From assembly GCA_030390025.1 (NCBI GenBank), contig CM059431.1:121212001-121276000 (forward strand): a stretch of 64,000 nucleotides of DNA. Reading direction: 5' to 3'. A program made the translations under genes and the position numbers. This document shows, in pieces, positions 38,620 through 50,975 of this stretch. The DNA is from Squalus acanthias. Taxonomy: Eukaryota. The notes beneath the pieces were generated by a model. That model saw nothing but the letters and a program-made list of their open reading frames with translations. It made no database searches and was not told the origin of the DNA. Position 1 is the stretch's first letter, and the number at the start of each line of letters is the position of its first letter.

Positions 38620-39281
38620 TTGAATGCCTTTTTAACACCACAATGCGGGTTCAGAACGGCTGGCGCGAAGCCCATGAATTGCACCATGGAAGCAATGACA
38701 CAAGATCATGTGCCTCCGCAGGTGGCATACATAGCGGGTGGAACATATTGCGTTACCACTGCAGCACAACACTACCAGCATGTAAACCACAGCCAGTGTC
38801 CGGTGAGTGACAGCAGTTTCTGTTTTAAACCCAGGGCTGAAGTTCAAGTGGCACAACAGCGAATTGTCCCGATCCCTGAACCATCCACTGTTCATCTTAC
38901 AGTAAAAGAGAATTTCACAGACTTGCAGCGGTTCGTCGCGCATTTCGGATACATCATTCCCCCTCTCCCTGAACACCTCACCAAGCTTTTGAAAGCCGTT
39001 GCGGTATCACAAAAATATTTTTACACCCTGGAAAAGAAAACAGTAGAAATAGGGACAGAAATTTTGGACATAGTGATCCCACCGTGGTGGGATCTGTTCA
39101 CTAATATTGAGGTTCCGTCATGGATCAGGATAGCCTCCACATTTTAGTTGTGTGCCAAGTTATAATAGTAGTGTACCTATTGATCGTGCACTGCAAGAGA
39201 GGCAGACGCCTCACAAAGCAGGAGAACACAGGGGAGTGGAGAGAACGTTACGTGCGCGTGAACGAGGAAAATTCCGCGTGA
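38620..39281 (+). pseudogene. env: C-terminal part of an envelope-like type I membrane glycoprotein of an endogenous retrovirus
   Basis: Cys-rich ORF with sequons NCT, NHS, NFT and a helical region ending PPWWDLF; a 1-nt frameshift near 39139 gives TM ILVVCQVIIVVYLLIVHC + KRGRR tail, stop at 39279-39281; lies upstream of the PPT and LTR. Confidence 0.72.
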
Positions 39282-39710
39282 ACGGCCAGGATGACGCCGC
39301 TCCATTTTACCATGTGTGTCTTGTAATGGAGTGTTTTAGTAATGTAGATGTGTAACTAAGTTTGGAACTTTTGTACGTTAAAAGAGTTGTTTTGAAGATT
39401 GGAACTTTTGTATTTTTTAAAAGAGTTGTTTTGATTATTTTTTCCTTGTATAATAAAACATGCACATACAGGTGGTACGAGAGGCATCGGCCTGTTGCAC
39501 CTGGAAGGCGTATACGCAGTGTAAGTTTAAAGGCAATACTGCCTACGGTTTGTCCAAGTTTTAAACAATGTAATTTCCCTGGGAAATGAGGACGGCATGG
39601 AGACCATAGATAGTTTTAAGTTAAGGGAGTGTTTGGATGTGGAGAATCGGGATAATTTTTGCTCACCACCACTTTTAATTGATATGATAAGCGGAGTTAT
39701 TCGCATCAAC

Positions 39711-39718
39711 AGGAGGGA
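39711..39718 (+). promoter_or_regulatory. Polypurine tract of the ERV
   Basis: AGGAGGGA, then C, then the TG start of the LTR; absent at the two solo LTRs. Confidence 0.7.
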
Positions 39719-39719
39719 C

Positions 39720-41319
39720 TGTAAAGTTTCGCAATTATCGCGATTCAAAATAACGAAAGAGAAGCAGATTCGTTTGATCAGTTTATTTAAACGAAATGCT
39801 GTCATGATATAAAGGACACAGAAGCCTGTAAAATGGCCGCCGCGCATCGTGGCAGAAGCTTCCAGAATTTCAGTGGGCAGACAAGATGGCGTTCGAATAT
39901 ACATTTCAAATATAAGACAGGATGCAACCTGTTTGCATTTGTGACAAGAGCAAAAGATATAAGTGCTGGAATCGTTTTCCATGCACAAGTAAGGACCATT
40001 GTACTGGGCAATCGAAGGCCCATCCAGACACATCAATACACAAATACCCCCACGGCTCTACAATGAGAGAGCCATCCTCGGGTGATTAAACAAGTATTCG
40101 GGGGCCCCCCAAAACCAGTCAGGGAGACGATTCATACGATCCTGGCTGGGCCAACAATGGGGTGAACATTAACGGGTAGTTGGCCAGTCTCAGGTGCTAC
40201 CGAAACCCATTAAAGACAAGAATCGCCCCATGCTGGGAGTTTTGAGTGCCAATATTTCACAAAGGACAAACATTAAGATTTGGGCGGGAGATAAGGGAAC
40301 ACAGCACTATAACTATAGTGAACAAATGTCCATCGGTCTCTTATTCTCTTGATTGGGGGCCTTATTCTCTTATCTCGCTGCTGACTGCGGAGGGTTTTCG
40401 GTGTTCTCTCTGGACTCTGTTGACTATGTTGGGTGGAGCTCAAACGGAACGAGCCACCTCAACGAGAGTCGGTAAACAGTGTCTGGACCCGAAGGCCCGA
40501 AGAGACGAGATGAGACGAGACGAGAAGAAGAGGAGAAGAATCCACGTGCCGCCGTGGTCAGTAAACCCCGACCGCGCCCAAAAATACAAGAAATAACTTT
40601 TCATTGAAGTCCCCCGAAAACCGGTGTCGGGGACAGGAAGACTCTTCTTCGAATTCTACCAGCAATAGGTGTCGGACACAGGAAGACTGTTCTTCGAACC
40701 GTGTCCGAGTTCTGTCAAGTTCTTCATGACAACGGGGAGCCCGGCCTGCTTGCCGCAGCAGCGAAGATAAACAAGTGGGGTACAGAGACCCCTCAAAACA
40801 CGTGACAGTCAGGCGCTGCAGCGAAACGAGCCGAGTGCCTCACTTTAAAATTCTCCGAAGTATCACGAGTGGTGAGCATGTTTCCCGATCCTACAAATCT
40901 AGATGTGGTGTAGGTATTGATAAGGGAGGGTGCTTTTATTAAGGATAAAGTATAATGTGTTCCCCTTTTTATGATGTGCCGTGCGTTCTTCATTACCATA
41001 GACCAAGCTTTATGAATGTATGTATACTTGTACTCTCATTAATTTGCGCCTATGACATGTACTTCATGATTTTGGACGCTATGCAATAAAGATTTCCGTT
41101 TCATACTATTCAACTGGGTCTATTTGAGTTTTTCTCTGCATTACTGCTCTCGCACCTAAGTCCAGTGTTAGAACCGTAAGGGCGAGTGGGTCGAACCACT
41201 CACAGGTGCTTATTGCAACAAGGCTGTCCGGAGACCAGAGCAAGCAATAGTATTAGGCAATGTAGGCCTAACCCCGCACCAGCACCGTCTGCGATACAAG
41301 CACGCCAACACCCCTTACA
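39720..41319 (+). mobile_element. 3' LTR (~1.6 kb) of a truncated provirus
   Basis: TGTAAAG...CTTACA; GC box 40282, TATAA 40308, AATAAA 41085-41090; inverted homolog of 1049-2657. Confidence 0.92.
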
Positions 41320-41683
41320 CTATTACCTTCATCACATCTCCGTTGTAATAGTGGACCTGCAGCTGATAGTCAGCTATCCACTTGTGCTCCCACCAGGTTT
41401 CACTGGCGTGTTTCACATCAGGCATACTTCACGTCGGAAAAGGGTTAAACTAGCTAAAACATTTCAAAATGGCATTACAGAGCCAATTTAGGGCTTGTTA
41501 AGGGCTTTAATGGCCTCTCCCGCCTCTTGGAGGCGGGACGGAGTCGGGAACCCCGCGACCGATTTTGTCAAAATTGCGTGGAGGCGGAATGGAGTCGGGA
41601 TGGGGTCGGGACCCCCGAATCTGCAACTTTAACCCCCCACACGCCTCCAAACCCGACTCCATGGGTCATTGAAAATCCAGCCC
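41320..41683 (-). mobile_element. Left arm of a Harbinger derivative (target of the provirus)
   Basis: Reverse complement of ~9000-9220 and 18842-19160; ends gaaaatccagccc. Confidence 0.8.
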
Positions 41684-42889
41684 ATTGAGTTTGATCATAT
41701 TATGATATATGTGGACGTAGAAATTTATAATGGTAAAGATAACAAAAAAGTGTCAACAAGAAGCAAGAGTTTGTAGACAGGGAGTGCAGGCTAATGTAAG
41801 ATTTTTAAAAAAAGTAGATTATGTAAATTTTGCCTTTCACTTTTAATTTTCATTTTCTCCCCATTTTTTTCCAATTTCATGCCCCATTTAACCTTTCTCT
41901 GATTCCACCAATTCACACTGTATGGTTTCTAGGTGATTCTTGAGACTTGTGCGCTATCATTGGACTCAGCTCCCACATCCTATGGAGGGGAGGTTGCTGC
42001 ATTCTTGCAAAGCCTGTTGCCACTCATTGTCCCGATTCACAAGGATGTAGAAGAATCACTTGGATAAGGCAGCTGAGGACTGACAGCCCGTATGGAACTA
42101 TATCCAGCAAGATTTGGCAGTTCCAGGAAAAGAGGCCACAAAATTGAAGAGGTGAATATAAAAATTGAACTTTGAGAAAAGTCCACTTCCTTTCTATGAC
42201 CAACATAAAAATCAAGACACTGCTTGATGACTTTTCTATTGCAAATGTTAGTTTTTTATTTGACTACAGTAATGATCTGTGTTGATAAAAAGAATACCTT
42301 AAATTAATCCATAACATCAGGAAGTGAGAATTTGTTCTTCTTAGAATGGGCAAAAACTAACAGAAAATGTAATCAATTCATGAATTATGCTATGGGATCT
42401 GGAGCAAAAGACTGTACCAGAAAAACTCGAGGCACCTTTACCAAATTACACCTATTTTTTCCCATAGTGAAAGAAAAACTACTGGAGCATTATAACACAG
42501 TTTATGTAATCCCAATTCCAAGTGACGATGTGTCACATCACAACATAATGGCATGAGTAATCTGTGATTCACCTCTGTGTACATGAACTACAATTAAGTT
42601 TAATTTGTGTGACTTAAAACTAAATTATGCAGAGATACTTCAAAACTACTCGCAACAAAAGGCAGCTCCTTCATAATTGCAGTAGTTTTTAGAGAAACAT
42701 TTAAATACACTGCACGCTAGAGATTATGTCGTGCTATAGTTTATTTATCCAACCGCATGTAAATTGTGAATAATGTTCTTGTGTATCCTGAGCATTTTCA
42801 GTGTAGGTGAAAGTTCAGCGAAATATGACAGCTAAGCCAAGATGGTGTTGGATGTCCTCTGGATAGATAATCAATGAACAACAATTAGA

Positions 42890-44510
42890 TTGCAGGGAAA
42901 TGGTGTTCGGGAAATTGACGGTATTGAAGGCCGATAAATCCCCAGGGCCTGATAATCTACATCCTAGGGTACTTAAGGAAGTGGCCCTAGAAATAGTAGA
43001 TGCATTGCTGATCATCTTCCAACATTCGATGGATACTGGAACTGTACCCATGGATTGGAGGGTAGCTAATGTTACCCCACTATTCAAAAAGGGTGGTAGA
43101 GAGAAAGCGGGGAATTACAGACCGGTAAGCCTGACATCGGTAGTGGGGAAAATGCTAGAGTCCATTATAAAGGATGTAATAGCTGAGCATTTGAAAAACA
43201 GTGATAGGATCGGACAAAGTCAACATGGATTTACAAAAGGTAAATCGTGCTTGACTAATCTACTGGAATTTTTTGAGGATGTAACTGGGAAAATAGATAA
43301 GGGAGAACCAGTAGATGTGGTGTATTTGGACTTTCAAAAGGCTTTCGATAAGGTCCCGCATAAGAGATTAGCGGGTAAAGTTAAGGCACATGGGATTGGG
43401 GGCAAGGTATTGACTTGGATAGAGAACTGGTTGGCGGACAGAAAGCAGAGAGTAGGAATTAATGGGTCTTTTTCCGAGTGGCAAGCAGTGACTAGTGGGG
43501 TACCGCAGGGATTGGTCCTTGGACCCCAGCTATTCACAATATACATTAATGATCTAGATAAGGGAATTAAATGTAATATCTCCAAGTTTGCAGATGACAC
43601 AAAGCTGGGTGGGAGTGTGTGCAGCGAGGAGGATACTGAGAAACTCCAGGATGATCTGGACAGGTTGGGTGAGTGGGCAGAAGCGTGGCAGATGCAATAT
43701 AACGTGGATAAGTGCGAGGTTATCCACTTTGGTGTCAAAAACAGAAAGGCAGACTATTATCTGAATGGCAATAGATTGGGAGAAGGGGAAGTGCAACGAG
43801 ACCTGGGTGTCCTTGTGCACCAGTCGCTGAAAGTAAGCATGCAAGTGCAGCAGGCGGTGAAGAAGGCAAATGGTATGTTGGCCTTCATAGCGAAAGGGTT
43901 TGAGTATTGGAATAGGGATGTCCTGCTGCAGTTGTACAGGGCCTTGGTGAGACCACACCTTGAGTACTGTGTGCAGTTTTGGTCGCCTTATCTGAGGAAG
44001 GATGTTCTTGCCATGGAAGGAGTTCAGCGAAGATTCACAAGGCTGATACCTGGGATGGCAGGAATGACATATGAGGAGAGATTGGGTCGATTGGGCTTAT
44101 ACTCACTGGAGTATAGAAGAATGAGAGGGGATCTCATCGAAACATATAAAATTCTGACAGGTCTGGACAAACTAGATGCAGGAAGAATGTTCCCGATGGT
44201 CGGAGAGTCCAGAACCAGGGGTACGGATAACGGGTAAACCATTTAGGACAGAAATGAGGAAGAATTTCTTCACCCAGAGAGTGGTGAACCTGTGGAATTC
44301 TCTACCACAGAAGGTAGTTGAGGCGAAGTCATTAAATATATTCAAGGATGAGTTAGATATATTTCTTAAAGCTGAAGGTATCAAGGGATATGGGGAGAAG
44401 GCAGGTACAGGGTACTGAGTTTAGATGATCAGCCATGATCTCATCGAATGGCGGAGCAGGCTCGAGGGGCCGAATGGCCTACTCCTGCTCCTATCTTCTA
44501 TGTTTCTATG
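42890..44510 (+). mobile_element. 5'-truncated, relatively young CR1 LINE with uninterrupted 445-aa RT ORF (42900-44237)
   Basis: KSPGPD, NYRPVSLTS, QHGF, YLDFQKAFDKVPH, GVPQG, FADDTK; 3' tail ttctatgtttctat. Confidence 0.95.
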
Positions 44511-44986
44511 ATTGGAACCAAGTTAATTCTGTTCATTGGTCTTTCATGAGGCTTCAATTAAAATCATTTTTAAAAAGAAAATTTACAAGTTCTGATGGTA
44601 TTCCCATAGTGACAGTTCTGAGAACATTCCTTACAACAAAAATCAAATGTAGTGATGGAAAAGAATGCAACACCTCTGTTCTTGGACGCCAATTGTGACC
44701 AATCACAATTTTAACTCTCTCAACTGAGCAAGCGGCAAGAACACCCAGCCAAAGCCAGTGGGGTCCTGTTTAACGTATGCATGTCACGTCCCAATGACAT
44801 CAATGGGACTTGACTGAAATTTTAACTCAGTGGCCTGAGCCGAAAGCAGCAGTGGGTATTGCTCCAGGCCAACCTTGGAGGGAGGCAGATCAGGTTCAGA
44901 AGAGGCCCAAAATGGTAAGTTCTTTAACCATTTTATGGCACAGCGATTCCTCATCTTCCATCTTCAGTTCCTCCAGCCCTCTCATT

Positions 44987-46701
44987 GGCCGCGATTTTGC
45001 CAGCGGAGGCGGGATCGCGGTGGGGGATGTGGTTGGTGGGTTCTAGTCCCGCTCCCGACTGCAGGACTTTCCATTAATAGGGTTTGTTAAGCCCCGCCCT
45101 GCGGGGTTCCCATCCAATTAAAAGGAAGCGGATCTGAAAACGTCATTTGATGACGCGTCATCAGCCGGTTTCCTTAAAGGGACCATGGCCGCATTCATTT
45201 TGACAGTTGTGCTGTCAGTGATCTACAGCATTGAGGTGCTGCAAACACTGACAAGCACTGCACGAAGGTGCACGTCTGCACCCAGGCTCTCGCATGACTC
45301 CCTCCATATGCTTATGGAGGGAGTCACAGCACACAGGGAGGTTCTCTTCCCTTCCAAGGGTGGAAGAGATCTTCCCAGGACACCAACGCAGCCTGGTTGC
45401 ACATTGCACAGGAGTGCAAAAGCAGGGATGTCATCAGGAGTACCTGTCTGCAGTGGCGCAAACCTTTCAATGATCTCTGTAGATCACGAAACGTTAGTGC
45501 AAAGCCACACTCAACCTCATCACATCCCCATTACTCTGCCTTCCCTACCCTACTCCTGCACATCCTTACTCACACCAACTTACCTTGCACCTCCACCCAT
45601 CCCTCTCTATCTAATATCACTTCCCCATCTCACTAGCCACCCCTTACACTCACCCTCATCCTAATGCAATCATATCAACTAACAACACACAAGGGTAGGC
45701 ACTTGGGTGTTTTATGCAATGTTTATGTAAATTTTCTGTTAACGTGTTGTCAAACATTGAAATCTTTATTCTCAACACTTTGCCTTATTGTACAGATCTG
45801 TGCTCACCTTTGGAAGTGTCTTAGTGAGTTGCAGTGAATGGTGAAACATAACGGTATCCCCCACAATGGTGCTGAGTGTGAAAGGAATGGCTTGGGCATT
45901 GTAGGAATGCTTTATGGTGCTGGTGTGGGGTGGTGTTAACCTGGCACATCATGTTGCAGCCAGGGTGTACAGCATCAAGTGAAGTAAATCTGGCCATGGT
46001 GATGTCATCGCTGACCTCCCGGGCAGCAATGTTGTCAGGTGCTGATGCGCTTTGTCCTGTGCAGCATCAGGTGATTGCAGAGAAGGTTGGTGATGTTGGT
46101 GTGCCTGGTAATGTTGCTGTTGGGGCTGATCGTGGAGGGATTCAGAGGTCCAAGGTGAGATTTTTTCAAGGGCACCGATGTTGCTGGAATAGATGGCAGC
46201 TGAAGTTGAGATGACAGAAGCGATCTGTCAATGGTGAGAGAGCTTTCTCCAAGGAGGTGGCAGTGGATGGAGAGTTTACTCCAAACACTTCCAAATTGCA
46301 TGCAGCTGAAAAGTGTCTTCCAAGTCCTGAAGGCTTAAGCTTCTGACATTGGAAAGTAACCAGCTGTGAAATGGTAGCTTTCATACCACTTTCGCAGCTG
46401 TCACCTATTCACAGCAATGTATAGCAACATAGAGAACCCGACCTACTTACCTGACGTGATCTCCGAACGACGTGAACCCTGTTAAAAATGTGGATAAATT
46501 AGAAAAGGCTGTCAATATAGTAGTTAACAAGCAGTTAAGTATCTTAAATGCCTCCCCCATCGCTTGGTGTTGGGTCTGTTCTGAAATCGCAGACTTTGGA
46601 AAATTACATGGAGGCGGGTTCCCAACCCGCTATTAATCATTTCAATTTTGACAGCGGACCCGCCTCCAAACCCACACTCTGAACACCGGCAAAGTTCAGC
46701 C
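44987..46701 (-). mobile_element. Non-autonomous Harbinger element, family A
   Basis: TIRs ggccgcgatttt / aaagttcagcc; TSD ATT; inverted copy of 3990-5765. Confidence 0.88.
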
Positions 46702-47867
46702 ATTCTCTCTGGCTCACTGGCTAATGCCCCTCGGGAGGATATCTCTGGGTTGGTGCTTTGCAGGGAGAGGGTGAATGACAGCGCATGCAAAGCAGTATTA
46801 ACAGAGCCTAAATCAGAAGGGCTTGACAGAACTTTATCTTCCTCTATTTCTTGCTGTGGTGAAGAAGAACAAGAGATTAGAGTGGATTACTGAGGAACAG
46901 AGTTCACATGTGTCGTACAGTGGGACAAGTAATGTGAACATTCGATAATGTAGCTGGCTGATAGATCATGCGTGGATCAGTACCATGAGGAGGAAGAGAA
47001 ATAGAATGTCATAATGAACCTGATGCTGGACCAGTCCTTTAACTTTCCCATCTCCAACTCCCTCTCTTATTTACCTCTTCAGGAGCTCCAAAGAATCCTC
47101 TTATAGAGGGTGAGAGATTGGAGGTTGACGGGACTACAACCTGTGGCTATTCTCCTGCTACAGTTATCGGCTGTCCCCTCCTTTAACAAGGATGGAAACG
47201 GTCAGAATCCCCTCTGGTTGCCATGATACTCAGTGAAACCCAGATGTCAGCATACAGAGCACGTTGGAGTAATGACAGGTATTTGAAATGAGTAATTACA
47301 TACCATATAAGGCTTTTAGTAGGGTGCATTCATAAGAGGCTGAGTGAAGGAACATTTGAAGGTAAAAGTTGGGGTTGTAAATGGCCCATAAAACCTCCTC
47401 AACATTAATGGTAAGCTCTTGATGCACTTTAGCACAGTGAGAGAAAAGTGGTTGTAAATGGCAAACTGTCTTGGAAGGTATGGCTGATTTTTCATAACTT
47501 GCCTCCCACTTCATCCTAATTTGGGTTCGCAGCACTTTATGGCTGCTTTTGAAAATCTGGACCTGAATTCTCTGAGAAGAAAAACAACTTAGCATTTACT
47601 CCCTGAAGCTGTCACTGATAGTTTCTCGCAAGAGGGTAACAATGCTAATAAATCTGAAGATGTTATTGATGTCATGCCGCCCATTGACATAGAAAGCAAA
47701 TTAATATCTAAAATACTTCACATGATGGTGCACCAAGATAGGAATAAAATAGGCATTTCAACAAGGGTACAGTAGCATCGTGGTTATGTTACTGGAGTAG
47801 TAATCCACAGACCTGGACTAACCGGTAGATGTGAGTTCAAATCCCACCACGGCAGCTGGGGAATATC

Positions 47868-49612
47868 AGCCAAGATTTTGCTGACTTTGGCGGGTCTGGG
47901 GCGGGCGACGTCGGTGGCAGGTCCTGATCCTCCTGCTGCCTCCATACCGCTCTGTGAAATGACTTTCCACTGATTGGGCTTGTTAAGCCGCGCCCAGCGA
48001 GTTTCCCGGGCCAATTAGAGGAAGCGGGTCTGGTGACGTCATTTGATGATGCGTCATCAGCCGGTTTCCTTAAAGGGACCATGTCCAAATTTATTTTGAC
48101 ATTTGTGATGTCAGGTGTTCTACAGCATTGAGGTGCTGAAAACACTGACAATCACTGCACAGAGGCACAGGGCTGCACCCAGGCCCTACCATGACTCTCT
48201 CTATATGCCGATAGAGGGAGTCACAGCACGCAGGGAGGTCCTCTTCCCTTCCCATGGGCAGAAGGGACCTCCTAAGGAGATCAACACATTGCAGAGGAGG
48301 GCACAAGCAGGGATGTGGTCAAGAGGACCTGGGTGCAGTGCCGCAAACATTTCAATTATCTCAGTAGATCACGAAATGTTAGTACAAAGCCACACTCAAC
48401 CTCATCCTGCTGTGCCTCTCATCACATCCCCATCACTCTGCCTTCCCTACCCTACTCCTGCACATCCTTACTCACATCAACTTACCTTTGAAACTCCACC
48501 CATCCCTCTCTATCTGTATTATCACATCCCCATCTCAGTAGCCACCACTCACACTCACCCTCATCCTAGTGCAATCGTACCAACTAACACACAAGGGTAG
48601 GCACTTGGGTGTTTTATGCAATGATCACGTAAAGTTTCTGTTAATGTGGTGTCAAACATTGAAACCTCTATTTTCAACACTGCATTCTTGAACAGATTTG
48701 TGTGTACCTTTGGAAGTGGCTTAGTGAGTTGCAGTGAATGGTGAGACATAACGGCACCCCCTGCAATGGTGATGAGTGTGAAAGGAATGTCTTGGGTACT
48801 GTAGAGATGCTTTATGGTGTTGGTGTGGGGTGGTGCCAACCTGGCACAGCATGTGGCAGCCAGGGTATACAGCATCAAGTGAAGTAAATCTGGCCATGGT
48901 GAGGCCATCCCTTGCCTCCCGGGCAGCAGTGTGGTCAGGGGTTGATGCCATGTGTCCTGTGCAGCATCAGTTGATTGCGGAGAAGGTTGGTGCTGTTGTT
49001 GGTACTGCTGGTGTGCCTGGTGCTACTGGTGTTGGGGCTGATTGTGGTGGAATTCTGACGACCAAGGTGAGAGAGTATAAAGGGCTCCCATGCTGATGGA
49101 ATAGATGGCAGGTGAAGTAGAAATGATAGATGCGATCTGTCAATGGTGGGAGAGGTAATGAGGTCAGACTGGATGGAGGCTTGTGGGAAGATTTGAAGCA
49201 TGGTGAATCTGTTGTGGAAATGCAGTGAGAAGAGCTTGTGGTTGAGGGAAGATATCGCTGTAAGGTGGGAGCTTTTACTTTCCATTTGAAGATGTCAACT
49301 CAACAGCTGATTCAATGGTCACTGAACTCCTGCATCAGCTTAACAGACGTGATCCCCGAGCAGCGAGGACCCTGTGGGCGAGCACGTAACATCAAAAGGT
49401 GAGCTCAAATGTGTTCTTAATCATCTCTAAACAAGGTCATAACGACTTGAATTGGGTCCCCCGCTACTGCGTGTCGGGTCTGCTCAAAGCTGACAGGCCT
49501 GACATTGGAGAAAGGCGTGTGGTGGTGGGTTCACAGCGGGGTCCCGATCCGCTGGGGAAAAAAAACACTTTCCCAACCAACCTACCACCGATCGCCCCAG
49601 AAAATTTCGCCC
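47868..49612 (-). mobile_element. Non-autonomous Harbinger element, family A
   Basis: Inverted copy of 12346-14113; ends agccaagatttt / aaaatttcgccc; TSD ATC/ATA. Confidence 0.85.
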
Positions 49613-50749
49613 ATAAATTCAGTTCATTAAATAAATCTGGAATAAAAGGCTAGTATCAGTAATCGTGATCATGAAACTACCGATTGTCATAAAAACCCAT
49701 CTGGTTCACTAATGTCCGTTAGGGAAGGAAATCTGCCGTCTTTACCTGGTCTGGCCTATATGTGACTCCAGACCCACAGCAATGTGGTTGACTCTTAAAT
49801 GGCCTAGCAAGCCACTCAGTTGTATCAAACAGCTACAGAAAACAACAATAAGAATAAAACCGGATGGACCACTCGGCACCAGCTTCGGACACGACAAAGG
49901 TACACCCAGCCCAGGCAACCCTGCAAATCCTCCTCACTAACATCTGGGGAGTTGTGCAAAAATTGGGAGAGCTGTCCCACAAGCAGCAGCCTGACATAGT
50001 CATACTTACAGAATCATACATTTCAGCCAACGTCCCAGACTCTTCCGTCACCATCCCTGAGTATGTCCTGTCCCACTGGCAGGACTGACCTATCAGAGGA
50101 GGTGGCACAGTGGTTTACAGTCGGGAGGGAGTGGCCCTGGGAGTTCTCAACATTGACTCTGGAACTCCCTCTCTCTCGAACAGCACTGTGGGAGTACCTT
50201 CACCACAAGGACTGCAGCGGTTCAAGAAGGCGGCTCACTATCACCTTCCCAAGGGCAACTAGAGATGGGCAGCGCGTCCACATCCCAGAAACAAATAAAA
50301 AAAACAGGCTCATCCAGCTTGCCAGAACAAAACAAAGTGCTGATGGTGCCGGGCATATTTAATTGCTGCAGTGTCATAGGCCCAACCATCTTCGGCAGTG
50401 TCATAGGCCCAACCATCTTCAGCTGCTTCATCAATGACCTTCCCACCATCATAAGGTCAGACATGGGGATATTGGCTGATGATTGCACGGTGTTCAGTTC
50501 CATTGGCAAGTCCTCAGATAATGAAGCACTCCATGCCCGCATGCAGCAAGACCTGGATGACATTCAGGCTTGGGCTGATAAGTGGCAGGTAACATCTGCG
50601 CCACACAAGTGCTAGGCAATGACTATCTCCAACAAAAGTGGAGCCTTGACAATCCCCATCATCAACATCCTGGGGGTCACCATTGACCAGAAACATAACT
50701 GGACCAGTCACATAAAAACTGTGATTACAAGAGCAGGTCAGAGGTTGGG

Positions 50750-50975
50750 TGACATGAATCTTGTCATTCATGGGAAATGACTTATGACATAATACTGGGC
50801 GGCCTGCTGGTGGCGCTGCCCAGGGTGAGTATAAATACTCGGGCATGGGCCCAGCTTGCTCAGGACATTCTTTAACAGGAACTAGTGAAGGACAACTAGA
50901 TCTCCATGTTGTAAAACAGTTGATTAAAGCTTTGTTTAACGCTTAGACCAAGTGCCTAGTAGTTTTCTTACATCA
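50750..50975 (+). mobile_element. Small solo LTR (226 bp, Gypsy/BEL-like)
   Basis: TGA...TCA termini; 5-bp TSD TTGGG/CTGGG; TATAAA ~50830; ATTAAA ~50923; the LINE resumes after it. Confidence 0.65.

Noticed and set aside
42900..44237. Active or domesticated reverse transcriptase gene
   Set aside because: 5'-truncated CR1 lacking the endonuclease and promoter, with a deletion frameshift near 44220.
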